Below, one piece after another: positions 21,045 through 34,034 of a DNA stretch of 41,183 nucleotides. The notes under the pieces were generated by a model that saw only the letters and a program-made list of their open reading frames with translations, made no database searches and was not told the DNA's origin. The DNA is from Catajapyx aquilonaris. Its lineage: Eukaryota. How positions within the stretch are numbered: the stretch's first letter is position 1; every line of letters starts with the position of its first letter. The position numbers were made by a program, and so were the translations under genes. The stretch is taken from contig JYFJ02003461.1 of the NCBI GenBank assembly GCA_000934665.2, positions 1 through 41,183 on the forward strand. The letters run 5' to 3'.

Positions 21045-21734
21045 CAGTAGAACCCTGATTATCTGTCACCCACGGGATCAGGGCATGGTCAGACAACAAA
21101 AATGGTTGGATAATCCGAAGAGCAAAGGAAACTTTAATGAACACAACAAAAAACATATGAAAAAATGTACAATGTCATGGTTTTCTAAGAAATAGTGAAG
21201 TACCAGTATTTATCTTTTACATACACACTCTACTGTTTAAAATTTAACGAAGGCCATTCAAACCAAATGCTTATAAGGCCTACGCTACAGCATTTGATTA
21301 GAAAACATAGATAATAATAATTGTGGGTAATGCTTTCACCCCCAACCGGGGGTATATCGCATGAACCTTTATTTATTTTGTTCAAGTTTCTCAACTCAAC
21401 TTCGGTGCAAGGAATCAAGGAAATTGGGTAAGGATAGGGATTTTTGGGGAGGGAACATGGGTGCAAGTGCAATGTCTGAAAATGGGTCATGTGCTGTTCC
21501 CCAGGAGGTTAGGTTGCCAGACACCTCCAAGGTGCAGGTCAGAGACCCTCCTGACGCAGGTGAAAGGAAACTCCTCAGGCGGGGATCGAACCTGGGGCCT
21601 TTCACACAGCAAGCCGAGATGTTACCATCTCGGCTACCACACCTCCCCGAAAACATTGATTTATTGCTGGAGCGGGATGGCCGGATAAACCGAGGAGTCA
21701 GATAAGCCAAGGTCGGATAATCATGGTTCTACTG
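21045..21734. mobile_element. pogo/Tigger-like MITE hosting a SINE
   Basis: TA|CAGTAGAACC..GATTATC ... GATAATCATGGTTCTACTG|TA. Confidence 0.8.
21313..21648 (-). mobile_element. tRNA-derived SINE: family A head and body with a family B-type 3' tail
   Basis: Reverse complement of the 118 copy over head and body; TSD GAAAACAT(A/T)GAT (21301-21312 / 21649-21660); (ATT)n tail. Confidence 0.85.
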
Positions 21735-22399
21735 TAGGTGCCATCATGCTATGGATATTTTGCAGGAAAATTCTTTCAACTTTTAAAAATAACCTAACTG
21801 TTCTTACTCTCTGTAAGCAATTATTATTACAGTGAAACCTGTCAAGTTGGACACCTTAATAAGTTTGCCACCTCCGGCCTATGTTGGACATTATTTTTAG
21901 AAACATCAAAAAGCCTATCCCTTGTAATGTTGCTAAGTAGGACACCAGTCTATCTTGGAAGTTGGACAAGTGTAGTGCAATTTTCACATTTACTCTACAT
22001 GTGAGGGGGAGGCCGCCAAAAGCAGCTATCTTCGATTTTTGTCGTTTTTGAGTTAACACCACCATTAACATCTTCATGTAAAGGTGCACCTAATGAGCCA
22101 AAGAGCCGGATTGAAATGATTTTTTTTTTTTTTTCAGCCATTACATGAGGATGAAATCTGGAAATCCCATTTGCAGACATACAAATCGAATATACAAAAT
22201 TGGCATTTTCTCAGAATAGGGTTTGGCGAAGATAGCCGCTATTGGTTGCTGCATCCTCATGTATTCCCGTTTTTTTCTAAAAAGCTGAGCTCTGCATACA
22301 TTAAATCTTGTGAAGCATGCTTTTATGTCTTCAAGTGACAATTATTGTCAACTGTATGACAACGGGGCAAGGGGAGGCCTAGGAAGACATGGTTGGACC

Positions 22400-22850
22400 A
22401 GGTGGGTCAGTGTCTTAAAGGTGTTGCTAGTGTTAAGCCGAGACGTTCATGTGTCAATAGGACCATGGACGTGGCTGGCGCTAAGGTTGTTTGTTTGGAT
22501 AGGTGTAAATGGCGTAGGTTAATGGGTAGAATATTCACGGATTTGTGAGGAATGGCAGTGTCCATTGAATTCTTCAGAATGGGTAGAATGTTTGCAGGTT
22601 GGTGGGAGGAGGTCGGCGTCTGGAAGTTCATACTCGGGCTCTGGGTGCTGTGCAGAACTACAAGTTTGGCAAATATCTCTTGCACAGTAATGCATAGGTA
22701 GACACTGGTAGTCATGCTGCCTCTCTCTCTGTCCTGCACAGCACTTGGAGTTCGGGTGTGGATTTCTGTATGCTGGTTCTTCTCGCTGGCCTGTGGGTGT
22801 TCTGGTCGTTTGGAGGAGAATATTCTTGTCACTTGGAGGAATTTAACAGT
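22400..22850 (-). mobile_element. Possible decayed LINE 3' fragment
   Basis: A/C-rich minus strand with a broken ORF; no diagnostic motif confirmed. Confidence 0.3.
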
Positions 22851-22854
22851 TCCT

Positions 22855-23210
22855 GGGGAGGTGTGGTGGCCGTGATGGTAACGTCACGGCTTGCTGAGTG
22901 AAAGGCCCCAGGTTCGATCCCCGCCTGGGGAACTTTCCTTTCACCTGTGTCGGGAGGGTCTCTGACCTGCACCAAGGAGGTGTCTGGCAACGTAACCTCC
23001 TCGGGGACAGCACATGACCCATTTGTAGACATTGCACTTGCACCTATGTTCCCTCCCCAAAAAATCCCTACCCCTACCCGACATCCTTGACTCCTTGCAC
23101 CGGTGAATGAAGAAAAAAGTGTAAAACACACAGAGAAAACTAATGGTGGTGTGCCACCCCCCAAAGAGGCCTTTGATGCCTAGCACGGGGTATTTAAAAA
23201 AAAAAAAAAA
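22855..23210 (+). mobile_element. tRNA-derived SINE, family A
   Basis: A and B boxes, poly(A) tail, TSD TTAACAGTTCCT (22843-22854 / 23211-23222). Confidence 0.9.
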
Positions 23211-23619
23211 TTAACAGTTCCTGATTCCTCTACCAGGGGGGTGGGGGACACTTGATTTCTCCAAGTACCGCGTTCGACCGCGTTGCATAGTGTAATATTT
23301 AAATTTAATATTGAGAGTTTGTCGTCTGACAGATGGGCAGGGGTGGGGGGGCGGGACGGGTTGTTTATAGGTTTATTTTTACAAGTTTTAATTTAGTTCA
23401 TATTTTGGGTTAGCATGCGGTTCCTGTCATGAAAAGCTGAATGTCCTGTAAAACCTGATTGTAATGATAAACCCCACCTTTTATCAGAATGCCCTATTAG
23501 AACCTTATGCTTTGGCATACCACTCTTATTGATGACATTTTTCCCACCCAAGAGAAATTGAAATTTCTCTGATTAAACCAGTGACTTATCAACAATTTAT
23601 GAACCAAAAAGTAGACCAG

Positions 23620-23758
23620 TTTCAGAAAACTCACGCGAACACGGAGAGAACCCATCAAAACTCTATCCACATAAGTATCCTCTGTCTGACCCAGGGATCG
23701 AACTTTGGACCTTAGAGGTGGAAGGCTGCAGCACTCGTCACTACACCACCGTGTCGCC
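23620..23758 (-). mobile_element. Old tRNA-derived SINE head with a V-domain-like segment
   Basis: GGCGACACGGTGGTGTAGTG...AGTTCGATCCC...GTTCTCTCCGTGTTCGCGTGAGTTTT. Confidence 0.6.
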
Positions 23759-23897
23759 CTAGAAATTGCATGTACACTGTGCTGTGTACTGTATCGAAAA
23801 TAAGAAAACATACATTGGAAGTTGATTACTGGATGATTGCTGTACAGTATGCACTATGAAACCCCCGAGATTGAAATCCTAATATGTTGGACACCTC

Positions 23898-24312
23898 CAG
23901 GAGCGGACTGGGTCTTAAAACCGGCCCAGGCATGTCACCTATCAGACCAGCCCATTGTTTATCAATAGTTCAATCAGGGTAGTAGGCAGAGAAAAAAAAT
24001 CGCGGGGAGGATTCCATAAGCACTAGGTGAAGAAGCCGTAAAGGACGGGGAGCGAGCCCGCCACAGGCGCAAATTTGGGGGGGGGGGTTCAAGGTCACAC
24101 GAGCTTAGGTGAATGTAGATTTGAATGGGTGTGTATTTCATGAAATTGGTAGCACATTTTCCAAACAATCATGAATTAGTAATTTCAAACATTTCATGCC
24201 ACATGAGCCAAATTTCTTCCAAATTTTTAGGTGGGTGGGAGTTTTTTCTTCTTTTTCTCCAGCCCGGCCCACCGGGCATTGCCTAAATGCCCATATGGCC
24301 AGTCCGCCACTG
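23898..24312. mobile_element. hAT-type MITE
   Basis: CAGGAGCGGACTGG...CCAGTCCGCCACTG with 8-bp TSD GACACCTC. Confidence 0.88.
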
Positions 24313-25182
24313 GACACCTCCCTATGTTGGACATTTTCCTTGGAACCGTCAGTGTCCACCATAGACAGATTTCACTGAACACTGCATTGATAGATTTTCC
24401 CCAGTATACTTTCATCCATTTTCTGTTTCAATAACTATCTATAAAAATTGTGAAAGTAACTCTGGAACCACATGATCAGGCAGAGTTGGTTGCTGAGGCT
24501 GTCAAGATGAGTGACCCCGGCATCTTCCAAGATGGATTCACAGACCAGATCTGCGAGCTGAGTTGAGAGCTAAAGGGAATATAGGGTCTTACAGTAAGGT
24601 CAGAGAGATGTTTTTCCATTCATATGGACGAATTTGGGAATTTTATGAACACTTGCACACCTTTGGAAATACATAATCTTCCTGCAGTCTTTATTGCACA
24701 CACAATATTTAAATCTTATAATTTGACTCATGTTCCATCCGTACTGATCGACATCTGAGTAAGGCTCTAACCCTCATGCTACATCAACTTTTGCATCTGG
24801 CAAGGGATGCTAGTCAAATGTCAGCCTCTGATTTTCTTCAAACATGGTAGGTAAGTTGTCCAGCCTGGGTAATGAATATCCATAAAAGTTATTTTTTATT
24901 TCCAGATGTTGAGTTAAGGTTAAAAACAGGCTGGCAGACATGGCATGGATCTGATTTGAAACCCCTCACCTCCACAACATAATTATGTTTAAAATTTGTT
25001 TCATAAGATTGTGTGCTCATTGAGAGTACAAATTGTACCCAATTTTGCTTTCCTTACATAAGAGTTGTGCATAGAAGTGAGGTTTCTCTCCTTCATTCCA
25101 GCAGTTGTTGGATTCCATTGATGCTATAATGGTGTGGCAATCAAAGAATGAGTATATTTCTAATCTGTTGCTTATAAAGTCC

Positions 25183-25563
25183 AGAACGGAAACCCAAACA
25201 TTCCTCAATAACTTTTTAACTATGGTATGGTTCCCGATGAAAATTGACATGTGCTTACCTTGTATCATGCCAAACAAGGTCTGACTACAGAATATACCAA
25301 AAGTGGTCCCTTCCAGCATCCAAGAATTTTTTTAAATGCGAGTCTGCATATTGCCGAAGACTCCTGCAGATGTGGACACCAGCGGCGTAGCCAGGAAATT
25401 TGTAAGGGGGGGGGTTATGTGAGGGAAGAACGAAGAGGCCCGCCACAGGCGAAATTTTTTTAAGCTGTTCAAGCTCACACAAGCTACAGTATTTGCGCAT
25501 GTGCGTTTTAACACCTTAAAATTACAGATTGGAACTATATTTTTTGGGTCCAGGTGGGGGGAC

Positions 25564-25595
<32 letters not shown>

Positions 25596-26050
25596 NCCCC
25601 CCCCCCGCCTACGCCACTGGTGGACACTGACTTGGCGGGAGTGAAACACCTGCTTGGCGAGAGGGCATCTCAAGGCCACGGGAACAGTCCAATTCGTTTT
25701 GTGGTATGATGGGTTGTTTTTTTTTTTTCTCACGGAGTTTGTTGAAGGGCTGTGTATACAAAAATAACCCTCGAACAATAATATTGATGCTCTCAAAGAC
25801 ACCTTACAGCACGCAGCGGGTGGGAGATTGATGCCATCTGCGCCGCCACATCTGAAGGAGTCTTCGGCAATATGCAGACTCTCATTTAAAAATTCTTGGA
25901 TGCTGGAGGGGACCACTTTTTGTATATTCTTTAGTCACACCTTGTTTGGCATGATACAAGGTAAGTACATGTCAATTTTCATCAGGAACCATACCATCCT
26001 GAAAAAGTTATTGAGGAATGTTTGGGTTTCCATTCGGGAGAATCATCCTG
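25183..26050. mobile_element. Tc1/mariner-type MITE with ~190-bp inverted arms (left tip eroded)
   Basis: 25188-25375 is the reverse complement of 25846-26031; right end ATCATCCTG|TA. Confidence 0.8.
25380..25619. mobile_element. hAT-type MITE nested in the previous element (contains a poly-C tract with an N)
   Basis: CAGCGGCGTAG...CTACGCCACTG with 8-bp TSD GTGGACAC. Confidence 0.88.
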
Positions 26051-26704
26051 TATTATACTGCACAGTGAAAACATCTGGTAGCATTATTAATGAAAAATCC
26101 TGCATCATTAAAACAATGAAATTCATTTGGATCACAGGTTCCTTGTCAAATTCTGCAAAGATTACTCACATGGCAGTTATGGTGCCAGTATGGATTTATA
26201 CACTTTTTTTTAGCTTAAGTGCTTGCAAAAGGGCTACCTTCACTGTGGAATTAATGGTATGATTTATTGAACATCCTGTCTAATGGACTTGTCCCCAAGA
26301 AAATGTAAATAGCTGGATACATATACGATGTTTCAGTCATGGTATGTTTAACTTTCAACCTCGCCTCACCATTCAGTGTGGAGGGGCAATATGCCTTTGG
26401 CCAGGGGAAAGGAATTCACTTCTGTGCACAACTCATTTGTAAGGCAAGCATAAAAGAGCACAAAATTTCTAATCTAGATGGATGCATGTGTCATGAAAAG
26501 CATTTTAAACATTTTATGAAGGTCAAAAAATTTTAATCTGACCCTTCCTAGCCCTGTTTTTATTCATAAATGCAGCATCTGGCAAAAATAAATTTTCAAA
26601 TCTACTTATTACTCATGGTGAACTACCAAATATGAAGGAAATTGAGACTGACACCAGTCTCCCCTTTCCTACAAATGATGTGGTCCAACTCAAGCAAAAC
26701 ATAA

Positions 26705-27837
26705 CGTCGCTGTTCTGACAAAACCTCGTAAGCGCCACCAGGTGCCGATTACGTTTTATTACACATTCGAGAACAATCTGGCACCCTTTACGTCCTGCGA
26801 AAACCTCGTAACCGTTCACCCAATGGTTGGAAGCCTTTTCTGTGCGTAAAACCCAAGGCAAAACCACGTAAGTGACAGTTCCGCCATGACAGCTGAGCAC
26901 GTGGTAGGAGCCCTGGATCAATCTTGGAGTGTGCCCCCTGTAATTCCTCCTGATTGCCATGATTTTTATGACAACCTTGCTCATGGATAATAACCTTTGG
27001 TGAATAAAAAAAATAAAAATGAGTGCATTGTGGTGTGTCTGGTCGCATTCTTAATTATTATACCCTATATTGCTATAAAACCACGTATGAGCCATTTGGG
27101 GCAGGACAGCACTATTCTATAAGCACGTAAGCACCATTTTTATTAACATCATTCCACAGGCCATGATGTTCTGAAACCTGGATTTAAGGCCCGTTTCCAA
27201 AGAAGCTTCAGCTTGAAAAAGTGTGCTCTGGCGCTCGCTCTAGCTCCAGCCGCAACGCGTTTCTAGCGCTGGGTCGATATTCTAGCTCTCCAATTCAGCT
27301 TGCTTTGAACATCGAGCACGAGGCGATATTCCAGCTGGAGCTGGAGCTAGAGCGTCTTTCTGACCAATCCGACGTGGCTCGTGGGGTCACCTGGGACAAT
27401 CTCGGTGGGGAGGTGGCTAGGGGTGGGGCGATGATGCAGGGTGGGGAGGCCAGGGAAGCAGAGGAGAAAAAAAAGATGACCTGTCGAAGGTCACGGAAGG
27501 AGCTGCTCGGGCATGCAGGGGGAGGCAGCGAGGAGAGACAAAGAGTGACCTTGAGCCTGAAGAACAATCTCCTCCGCTTGTGAAGCCAAAGCTGTTTTGG
27601 AAACCGGTCTGAGGGTGCTAGCTGTGAAGCACCGGCTAAGATGAGCTCCAGAGCTCACTTTTTCAAGCTGAAGCTTCTTTGGAAACGGGCCTTTACTGCC
27701 TTTCATGTAATCATTTAGGCAAGCTAGGAATAATGACTCATAATTTTATTACGACTCATGCCTTCGGAAAATGGTTCTTTGTGTCTCCGGTGACATTTGT
27801 TTTTTGTTGCTTACGAGGTTTTGTCAGAACAGCGACA
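26705..27837. mobile_element. Non-autonomous DNA transposon with 28-bp TIR and 4-bp TSD (Sola-like)
   Basis: GTCGCTGTTCTGACAAAACCTCGTAAGC at 26706 and its reverse complement ending at 27836; ATAA on both flanks. Confidence 0.78.
27187..27692. mobile_element. PIF/Harbinger-type MITE nested in the previous element
   Basis: TTA|AGGCCCGTTTCCAAAGAAGCTTCAGCTTGAAAAAGTG ... reverse complement|TTA. Confidence 0.9.
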
Positions 27838-27975
27838 ATAAGCACTATTGATTACAGAGAAATTGTTAACAATAGAAATTTCTTCCCGTATACTATGATA
27901 TTATGCAACAAAAAATAAATCAGACTTTCTCATTTGTACTCCAGCACACTTGCACACCATATGAAAGCGTACTAC

Positions 27976-28086
27976 TCATGGCAGACTCTGTCTTAGCATA
28001 ATGCTTAGTGGGTCACTGAATGGGCCAAATCGGGAATGGACATCAATGGCCCTTACAGCAAAATGATACTTCCGACCTCCCTGAAA
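27976..28086 (-). CDS. ATF7IP: ATF7IP-like last coding exon (FQGGRKYHFAVRAIDVHSRFGPFSDPLSIMLRQSLP*)
   Basis: Acceptor cttttcttcag|TTT, TGA at 27976-27978. Too short for the ORF track; found by reading the minus strand. Confidence 0.9.
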   Translation of the reverse strand, partial: FQGGRKYHFAVRAIDVHSRFGPFSDPLSIMLRQSLP

Positions 28087-31000
28087 CTGAAGAAAAGAGC
28101 ATAATTATATTTTTAACATGAACACAAACAAAACATCAATTAACTAGTTTTGAATCTTGCATTTTTTGCCTATTTGAAAATTTTTGTTACATAATAATCA
28201 AAAAAGAAATGTGGGACATCAATTTAAAGTCTTACAAAATAAATCCTACTCACTGATGCAAAATAGCAAAAACAGCCTACATTTAGGTATTATATTTTTG
28301 TGCTGATTCTGTCTGATCAAAGTCATAAAATTTCATTTTTATGCGATGCTCTGTCTCTTTGACACCCTGCCAGAAATATTCCACCTATTTTCGCCTCTTG
28401 CATGAATCCCCCCCCCCCCCCCCCCCACCNNNNACCCCCCCCCCCCCCCCCCCAATATTGCAAAATTTGTTGCAGAATCTGCACAAATACAACTCAGTGC
28501 CCATGTGGTTGCAATGTGTGATTCGAATTAAATGCATTCTAAATCACCTTAGCTAGTTTGAAAGCCATTGGCAGTGGCAAGGCTTTGGCATCTTTAATCT
28601 TCTCCCACAAGGACGGGTTGGGTGGCATATGACTTTCCTGGTAAGCAAATACTTGGTAGGTGCTGATCTCAGCATGGTTATGGACTCCAGGGATGTCCCA
28701 AGCTAGACCAATACCTGCAAAAGCCAAGCATGTAGTTGTAGATTTTACATAGGACACAGGAATATCATTAGAATATTACAGTCATGTCTTACCATTGTCC
28801 TCCAGGGAAACCCTTAATTCCAGCTTTGGTGGCAAGTCTTTCCAACCAGCCATCCTAAAACATGATGGTTTAATCTGAGGTAATGGGGCAGGATGAGCCT
28901 GTGGAAGACTTCCTTCCTGGGCAAATGGCATAATCCCCTTCAACAAGACTGTCTGAACAGGATTACTGCCCTTTTTAACAGCTACTCCAGAAGGTCCTAC
29001 ACCAGTAATGGTTGTGTTTGGCTGCACCTGCAGGAAGTACAAGTTTCAAACAGAGATGCATGCTCCCAGTACCAATTAATTTTGTGTGTAAGGAGGTGAT
29101 TGCTGCAGGCGTTTTAATTGGTGTCACCAGGCCAATGAAGAATTTACTATCACACTAGAAAAACCCTCGCTTCGCTCACATTTTTCCATGGTGCAGGCTC
29201 AGTAAACCAGTCGCTTCGCTCCTTTATTTCTAGTAGTGCTTCAACATCTATCCGGATTCCCGGACTGTCCGGTATCCGGATATCCGAGCCTGTTTCAGAT
29301 CCCTCTTCCCAGATCCTCACTATCCGGATAGTGTCGGACGGTCCGGACAGTCCGGGTTTCGGATCCGGTCCGAGACACTTTGTACGCATCGGGATCCGAG
29401 GATCCAGATCGAACGTTTGATGTGAGAAATGAGCAAATTTTATTCGCATAATTAAAAACGCATTTATTGGAGGCAGGTAAAAACCTCAAGTCAAATGGTC
29501 CATCCCAAAGGCCTAGTGTATCTCAATCCCGGGTTTCTCATTTTTTTTTTCATGTGTGGGCTTAGGATTGTAGGGTTCATTTCTATGAAATAAGTCAAAT
29601 AAATTCGATTACGTCTAGGTAACACTGCACTTTCTTTCACCGGTACTATGGAAGCTATAATAGTCTTCATTTCATAATGTATGTTGTGAATGTAATTGAA
29701 ATTATTGACATTTCTCTAACTAAAGAAGAGACTGTTCATGTATGAACTCTTTTTATTACCCTACACCCACGATACGGAACCCAAGATCCGGATAGTTACA
29801 AAGTTTCGGATCTGAAACCCGGACTATCCGGACCGTCCGACACTATCCGGATAGTGCGGATCTGGGAAGAGGGTTCGGATTCAGGTTCGGATATCTGGAT
29901 ACCGGACAGTCCGGATATGTAGAAGCACTAATTTCTAGGCCTGTGGTGTAAACCTTGTTATTAACTATATGCCCATCCAACAACCATCCACAAAATACTC
30001 CCCCCCCTCCCCCCCCCCCCTAAGGGTGCGCAGTTTGAAAATGCGGTTCCAATGGCTGTGACTCAAGATGGCGAACCGAGCCTACCCAATGTTTGTACAA
30101 CAATACAGGGTGACCTTAAAGCCTGGGCACATAGGTAAATGGATTGTATTGTTGGTTGCCAAATGCCAACTGTGCCAACTCAACCTTTACTGTCTGTCAA
30201 CAACCTACCAGTTGGCGCAACTGGAAACCAACAATACAATCCAGATCATTCTAAATAGGCACAGATTTCACAGATGGGAATTACACTGTCTTCGAGGCAC
30301 TCACCTTCACTCAACTTCTTTCGGTGAAGTGTCAGAAACTGACCACCAGCAAATACGTAGAATTGAACGGAAAAAAGGCAGGCTGAAAACCTCCCGCGTT
30401 CGAATCATGGGTACACATGCAGTAATGTTCGAATTTAGAAAGGCCTTACATTTCTACACCAGTGCATACAGCCATTTTTCAATAACCAGCAACCACACCA
30501 GCGACCGATTCACAGCCCAGTCGCAGCGAAGGGGGACAGGCATGGGTGGTGAAGGGTAAAAGGTCCAGGTGATGGGAGAGACAAAAAGCGACCCTCACCT
30601 GCTGGCGATCAACGTGCAACTGAATGGGTCCTCCACCGATTGCGCATGTGCTGAATACAGGCCAATCAGAAGCGTCGCGGAAACAATGTGGGGCAGACCA
30701 ATCAGAGGGAATAACCATACCATTTTAATATTATAGATTTTCCCTAATGATCAATGTTATTGTGAAAGATAACTCAGAAGGGGGACCTGTAACCAGAAAA
30801 GCATGCCCCTCCAAGACACCAATTCTACTGGTAGACATGGGACCAAATGCCACCAATGATGAAAATGCTGTGGCCACACCTCTAATTTAAAGTGAAGTTT
30901 TTAACTTTTTATGACCAAGTGCTTTTCAGTTATTTCAATTTTTGGGCCCCAGTGGGGATCATTGATGTACTAGGAGACTATATTGAAAAATGATACTGTC

Positions 31001-33977
31001 GTTTTATTTCCATCACCCCTGGAACATAGCCAGGACAGAAACTTTTGGCGCCTACCTCGTATATCACGTGACATTTATACACGGTGAAAATGGAGCCGGG
31101 GCGCACTTCCTTTTGGATCTAGTTCCTTTAATATGCGAGACATTTTTAAAGACAATTTCACTCTAGTTGATTTTTTTCGCTTTCGGCTACAAGACAGAGA
31201 TAATTGAATTTAATTATTAGAATTCAATGCCAGCACCGTCTCTTGGGTCTTACAACCAAACTAACTCTTCTTACCCTCCTAAATTTTGATATTTTCTGGA
31301 TTTTCTCATTCTGCTTGACCTATAGACTATAGTGTTGTGCAAACATCACCTCTGCTGCTAATTTTCACGTTAGCAGGGTCAAAATACAAGCCAAAAGACT
31401 CGAAATGCCGAAGCCACAACACCTGCATCCAGTGGCGGGTGGCATAAGGGGCCGTCCATAAATCACTGCTGGTCCCGGCAGGCCGGTCATGGGTCGTCGC
31501 GACTGATATCAGTGATATGTAAATGATTGATAAAACTTGATTCGTAAATTGCTCCATAAAATCGATTTCGAAGCATATGAGGTCATATTCTCCTTGCTCG
31601 TGCCACCCTAGAGCGTGCTACAGTCGTGGTGACTGGGGACCTGCGACCCGCGACTGGCTGCTAGGTGTTGTGGCTTCGGAATATCGCATTCAGCTTGTAT
31701 TTTGACATGAAAATTAGCAGCAGAGGTGATGCTTGCACAACACTATAGGCCAAGCAGAATTAGAAAATCCCAAAAATTTCACAATTTAGGAGGGTAAGAA
31801 GAGTTACTTTGGTAGTTAGTGTTCGTCTCTTTTAATATACCGCCGTTTATATGTCTTGCAATGTAGCATTGTCAAGTAATGCCTTGGGGTATCATATAAG
31901 GGACAACAATAAAAAATATGTTCTAAAGTTTGAAGGTCATTTGTATTACAGTTGGGGCACACAGTTTCAGAGTTGAAAGCCAGGGATCCGGATTTGGCGT
32001 ATAATCTATGGGATTGGTTCCTCAAATTGACCAGCAGCCTTGTTAAATGAAGAGGCATATTTAACGAGAAATTGAGTTCTTTATTTAAATTATTTTTAAT
32101 TTTTGCATAACTACGATACGTCTCTAATTTCACCAACTTCATTTGATCTAAGTTCTGAAAATGAGTGGTAAGAGAGGGGATATATTTCGGCAATTCTTCA
32201 ATTTTCAAGACTTGCGGGTTTATTTCGATAATAGAGAGGACATCTGCTTCTTGCTTACACCAATTTAAGGAACGCATCCTACAGAGTGGGGCGGAGGTGA
32301 CCGAATGTAGCAAAGCACTACATATGCAATGCATGCACAGAAGAAAAGCACTTTCTTACCACTGGTGGAGTGGCTGGAACTAGTTTCTGGGGAACTCCAG
32401 CCATAGGTGCTTTCGTTCCAACGGGAGCTGGCACAAACTTGTTTTGACCATCATACACCATAACCTGTAAGGACTTTTTCTAGTGCAGGGCCCAGGACAA
32501 GAACATACAAGGAGGTGAGATGCAAAGTGATCTACACTGCACTCCCGATTATCCGGGTGCAGTTTATCAGTGCATTGCCAAAAAATAAAATTCAACATTA
32601 AAGTCCGAAAAAATGTGTCGAATTTTTGTCCCACTGCTAGATTCTGCTAATTTAGCAGTGGGGGAGACGGAGTGGCGCCGCGGTAACGTGTGCGCCCACG
32701 GATGTTAAGGTCCCGGGATCAAATCCCGCCCGGGGACACCCCCTTCATCTCGTGCAGAGTGTGGGTCGTCTCTGGCTTCGTTTCTGGGTGGAATATCCTA
32801 CAGACAAATCCACCCGGGGGAGTTCACAAAATGACCTCGTACAGCATTGCACTGCACTTGCACATCCCCTCCTGTCATCCCCTATCGCTCGCGGTACCCG
32901 GGCGTTACGGAAAAGGACCAAATATGTAGCTGTACACTTAAAAAGCAAATAAAGGTACCGTGCCAGATGCCCACCAACGGGCGGTGCACTAACCCAATTA
33001 TTATTATTATTATTAAAAATTCAGCAGTATCAGTGCCAACACTGGTCATAGTAAGGTAGCAGTAACTAGCAGTGGGACGAAAATTCCACCCACTGTCAAT
33101 ATGTCTCGCACAATGAAGAAATATATAACTTTTTCTAGAGGACAAAGTAAAAATCTGTGGTAAGTGTCATTATTTTGATTCAACCAAGCAGCATACTCTC
33201 CGTACAGTAGTGCATTAAAAACCTGTGCATAGCTTGTCTTTTACGAAATCCACAACGATTTTCCAAATTTCAGTGTTTTCCAATTATCCGGCAACACCTG
33301 TGCAGCCATTAGCATGCATAATCGCGAGTAGCGTATCTTCAAAAAATAGAATTTTTGAGATAATTATGCCATCACGTGGTGGTACTTCAGAGCTACTGAT
33401 TAGTCCATTTAAAATAATCCACCAAAAAATTTGTACAGAATATTAGTTTTTCTTGTACGTAATTTTCCAAAGTGACCTCGATTGGCTAAAGAATGTTTAA
33501 TAACTCAGTAATTATTGATGTCATCTTGCTGTTAAATAGTCATCTGGTGAACACTGATAACATATCCCGCGGTGAGCACCACTAAAAATAAGTAACGTGA
33601 AATGGTCACAACAAAAAATCGTCTCTCCTGAAAATTACTTCTTTCTCGATTTAGATCACTTTGCATCTCACCTCCTCATATCACGCTGAAGGAACTGCCT
33701 GAATTTTCAACAATTTGGGTGGGCAAACCCCTTACCACATCCATGCGAGCCTGAAGTCCAACAGAGCGAGTTATCTTGACAGGAACAAAATGATCACGTC
33801 TATTCTTCATGTGCATTGCATATCGCCTCTTCACAACTGTTAAGTTATTCACCTGAAATAGGAGTATACTAATAATTATAGTAAGCATTAGTTGCCCTGA
33901 AGCCCAAAAGGAAAAGCCAAGTTTCAATTGGTACTGGTCAATAGGGGACAATAGTGGTAAGTGGTAAGAACACTCCA

Positions 33978-34034
<57 letters not shown>

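Noticed and set aside
25566..25606. Long poly-C tracts (also 28408-28452) as G-quadruplex elements
   Set aside because: They contain Ns, so their length is unreliable; the 25566 tract is inside a MITE.
30747..30890. Short plus-strand ORF (MINVIVKDNSEGG...) or an extra ATF7IP-like exon
   Set aside because: Only 47 codons with no recognisable motif; the phase-0 minus-strand reading hits a stop.
31816..32334. 172-aa ORF as a host zinc-finger gene
   Set aside because: The motif fits a LINE ORF2 C-terminus; it is intronic and has no supporting exon structure.
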